Source: Peribolospora baueri
Lineage: Eukaryota
Direction of reading: 5' to 3'
Assembly: GCA_029717555.1 (NCBI GenBank)
Contig: JAMDHS010000002.1
Span: 496,001 to 560,000, forward strand
DNA: 64,000 nucleotides
Both the position numbers and the translations under genes were made by a program. Numbering within the stretch: position 1 is the stretch's first letter; every line of letters begins with the position of its first letter. This document shows positions 60,401 to 64,000 of this stretch, one piece after another. The notes under the pieces were generated by a model. It saw only the letters and a program-made list of their open reading frames with translations. It did no database searches and was not told where the DNA came from.

Positions 60401-60765
60401 CTCTGCCTTCGAATGATTGTCGCGAACTGACTCTCGGCGAAGCTGGGCGGGTAAAGGGAAGAGTTTTCCTCTCCATCCTTACCGTTGGAGGAGCCCAGGT
60501 CTTCCCCGGCGGTAGCGGAGTTTGAGATGCGATCATGGTCGCGAGAGAGAGACATAGTAGCACCTACGCCGATGATGCTGGCAAGAGAGGTAACATGGTG
60601 CCCGACATTCGTTTCTTTGGAACTGGAAGGACGGGTTGTCGAGTCGATTTGGTCATTGGAGTGAGCGCGACGCCGATAGCGGAGAGGAGAGGGAGGCGAA
60701 GGCGAAGAGATAGCGCCAAGATGACGGGCGTCGGACCTTCCTTGGAGGGGGCGGTTGTGCGACAT
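57494..60765 (-). CDS. APC-superfamily amino acid permease with C-terminal cytosolic domain, multi-exon
   Basis: LLGQWRGTAIAGNAVTGSIF/YAFPAV, multiple TM segments, GFVGLT/GFECAPSY, VLCGGILTG; C-terminal YFTKTDE/ISHLIEALLYVRK/NE..DEAFPTITVDLVFVEGAF../SCPG..LGVRVIMA*. The start codon is uncertain. Confidence 0.88.
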
Positions 60766-61581
60766 GAACTCGCTAGCGAAGGGAGCCTCAGGGAGCAAGT
60801 GCCGCGGAGAGAACGTCGAGGAGGAGCGTACATTGAGACTGAGGCGAACGATCTCGTCGCGAAGTTGATTCGCGTTGAGGGACCTTTACACGTGACGCCA
60901 CGTGCGATAAACGCCGATGAGGGATCTCCTAGGCTGGGGAATGATGAGAACAGTCCCTCCACCTGAGCGCATAGTCGTACCTCATCTTTCCTCGCATAAC
61001 AATAACTAGGGCAGCGCTGATCAGGGAGAAGATCAGCGTGCTCGCCTAGGCAGCAGAAATTCAAGCTCCTTGCCTCTACGCTACTTTTGCGACCGGACGA
61101 CCACACGACCATGATCGGTGAGCAAGCAAGCCGGCACGGGATCGCTGCACCCGAGTGCTTCTCAATATCACTGACGGATGTCCACGAATTTCACTCGCTC
61201 TGCCCAGACGAACAGGAGGCTAGACAGAACAACGGTGGACTTGAGGAACAGATCCTTCGGAGCAGGAGGGAGAGGGAGATTAGGAGGTCGCGGAGAGCAA
61301 GTGGTCAAAGTACCCCCGGAGGTGAGCTGAGTATCTGGAGTGAACCACACCAGCGCCAGCCAGCTCAGCTAGCGGGATTCCAAGTTCATCTTAATTTGTT
61401 TCCCCTTTCTTCCGGTTCTCTTGCGTTTTATTTACATTCCCGCCCGTCGACAGTCTCCCCCCTTGCCTCTCCCAACGTATCCACGTTCGACGCCGGAGAT
61501 GCTGGTGGAGCCGCCGCTTCGCGCGAAGACGCCCTCCGCAAGCTGACGTCCTCCGCTACGACAACGACATCCTCATTGCCC

Positions 61582-64000
61582 ATGGCACGACTATCTACTT
61601 CGCATGTCGAAGACAGTCCACCCACAGAACTTACCAACGCGGTTCTTCCGCCGACAAGCGTTGCTCCAGCTCCGCGCAGCACGTCTCCTACAAAAGGCGT
61701 AGGAGCATCTAGACGCTTCCCGCAGCCATCCTACTTGTCCTCCACAAAGCCAAACGCCGTGACCTCAACGGGCACTCAACCCATGTCGCTTGCCTCCTTC
61801 ATGGGAAGCCGCTTGACGCAGCAGCCTCTACACAAGCCCTCCGGAGGCTCTGGTTCGGGCCGAGAGACGGATCAAGATCTCCTTGCTGCCCACCTCGGTG
61901 TCTCCAAGGACCAGCTTGGCAGGGTCAGTACCAGCCCGCAGAAAGGGGGAGCCACCAGCCTCGCAGCTTTCATGACTGGCAGGGGCGCCGGGGCCGGCGG
62001 CCCACGATTGACCAAGCCCACTGCAACCGAGGCTGCGCCTAGTCTTGGTTTTACTTCCAGCGGCTTTCCTAGGCCAAGCAGCGTTCGATCCTCTGCCGGC
62101 GATGGTCTTCCTGGGATAGGAATGGGATCGGGAAGGATGTCGGCAGAAAGTCGCTCATCGGCTCCGGAGACGATCATGCAGACTATCAAACCTACGCTCG
62201 CCCAGCGTGGTATCCCCTCAGCGGCTAGTTCACAGGCGGATAGCAAGTTTGAGCCCGAGCCAAAATATGAGAGGACCTCGTCGCCCATGTCTCCGAGTCC
62301 TGAAAAAGCGTCCTCACTAGCTCTGGCGCCGAACCACCCGACGACTGCGCCTTCTTCTACGGAGACAGCTCGGCCAGCGTCCCCTTCCAAGGAGCCACGG
62401 GCCGTCTCTACGGCAGCAGTCGCGCCTAGATCAACTTCTGCTCACACATCCGCCTCCACCATTACGCCTACGAATGGTGCTACTCTCCTTCGCCGTCCAA
62501 CGCACCCAAGCTCCTCATCCGCCAAACCACCCCCTTCCTCGTATGCCGGCCTCCCGAAGACCAACCCTTCACCGGCCTTCGCGCCCAAATCCACGGACAA
62601 GCATCCCCGACCGAGCATCACGCGCTTGCAAGGACGGAAGATGGTTGGGCAACGGATCAAGGAGAATGAGGAGAGGGATGCGGCTGCTGCCGGATCAGGG
62701 ACTGGAGCTAAGACTGTAAGCGGAGGGGAAGATACAGGAGGTGGAGGAGCGTCGAAGAGGGTTAACGTTTTGGATCGGTGGTCTGTCGATGCGCCCATCG
62801 TCGCCACCACTACGCTCGCTTCATCCGAACCTGTCGCGATCCCGAAAAAATCTGCTTCAGTGCCCACACCTGTCGATAGTAGCTCGGGACACAGCCCTGG
62901 TCCCGTACCGCCTATACCCGACTCGCTCGCCTCTTCTACCCCTACGCTCTCATCGTCCAGCAAGGATGCTACTGCGCCCGTCTCCACACCTCGCTTCGTC
63001 AGCCCTGCTTCCACTTCACCCGTCAAGCACGGAGCCTTCGCAAGCGGCGTGGCTCTCCCAGCTATGGGTGGTGGTGGGCGTTCTTGGGAGAAGAAGTCCA
63101 CATCCGTTTCCTCGGCTCTTCCCTCGGCTTCTGCTGATGACGAGGACAGTGCGCCCATGGCTGCGTTCCAGAGGCTCCCAGGATTGGGAGGACCAAACTC
63201 TCCGTTCGCGACTAGGTCAGATGGTGCTCCTGGACGTCTCTCTGGTCTAATGAGGCCTTCAGGCAAGCGAGCGGAGGAAGGTTTCGGGACCACGGAGAAG
63301 GACAAGGAAGGAGCCCCACTGAGCCATGTAAGTGTCTGTTAGACTATCACCAGGCGCGGCGGGTCACTCCTTGCTTGTCTTACTGGCCTTCTAGTCGGGC
63401 TAGCAAGCTGAACGAGGATGTGCATGGCTTCCTTTGCTCACAGCTGACGAAGAACCGTGCACGAGGCCCACAACGCTCTAAGCCGCGCACCACTGCCACA
63501 GCCGCCGTCACTGGGAGCTCGTCAGGTCGACTGCAGCCTGATTCGAGATCCACCCCAGCGACGGCAGCGGCTAGGACGGCGACCGCCGCGTCAGTGTGCG
63601 CTCCGGAGGCCAGCACCGTCTCCACGTCCTACCGTTCTCCTAACCCCATTCCGATAACCCTTCCTCCGACAGTCAGCACGCTCCTCAACTCTGTGCACGA
63701 CACAGTCCGCGACATCCAGCCGTCGTCGAGGTACGAGTCGGTCGATAGGCCAACTGTCATGGAAGTCGAGCGAAACTTGAAGAACGCGGAAGAAGTGGTA
63801 GCGAAGGAGAGGGAGAAGATGCAGAGTGCCGCTAGACAGACGGTGGGTACGGAGGAGAAAAATCCGTGGGCGAGCGCCAAGATGACCACAGGCACCGGAC
63901 TTGAAAAGGAGACGGTGGTCTCGTCGACCGTTCCGATTCGCTCGGCCATGTCCTCGTGGAACAGCCCCTCCCACTTTTCAGCTGTGGACCCCGAGGCTCA
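61582..64000 (+). CDS. Large Ser/Pro/Thr-rich protein with capping-protein-interaction (CPI)-like motif; partial at 3' end
   Basis: Long ORF, an intron at 63328-63443, then a frame that appears to stay open to the window end. The junction gives PLSH/LTKNRARGPQR; repeated SLASFMG/SLAAFMTG motifs. Start could be 61582 or an upstream in-frame ATG. Confidence 0.75.

Overview
Eukaryotic, GC-rich, intron-dense genomic DNA that reads as a basidiomycete fungus. Introns are mostly about 100-200 nt with GTGAGY/GTGCGT donors, microsatellites are frequent, and the gene families are fungal; the exact taxon cannot be determined. Manual splicing supports about 17 genes. In order: a single-TM Ser-rich protein (partial), a WKF-domain protein, a disordered protein with a poly-KE tract, an aldo-keto reductase divergent from a D-2-hydroxyacid dehydrogenase, a divergent forkhead protein, a Zn2Cys6 TF, GDA1, a 7-micro-exon PMP3, RPN13, a DUF427 protein, FEN1 head-to-head with a candidate RPAIN-like RPA chaperone, a DDE-less CENP-B-like HTH protein, intronless MET10, a second Zn2Cys6 TF with a Cys-rich linker, an APC permease and a CPI-motif protein (partial). 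I found no tRNA, rRNA, CRISPR array or intact transposon, and I cannot demonstrate a wholly new system. The best leads are the FEN1/RPAIN-like pair sharing an MCB-rich promoter, the atypical forkhead recognition helix, the MET10-Cys-rich TF-permease neighbourhood and a possible Uma2-like nuclease relic. All exon structures and homologies are by eye; no searches were run.
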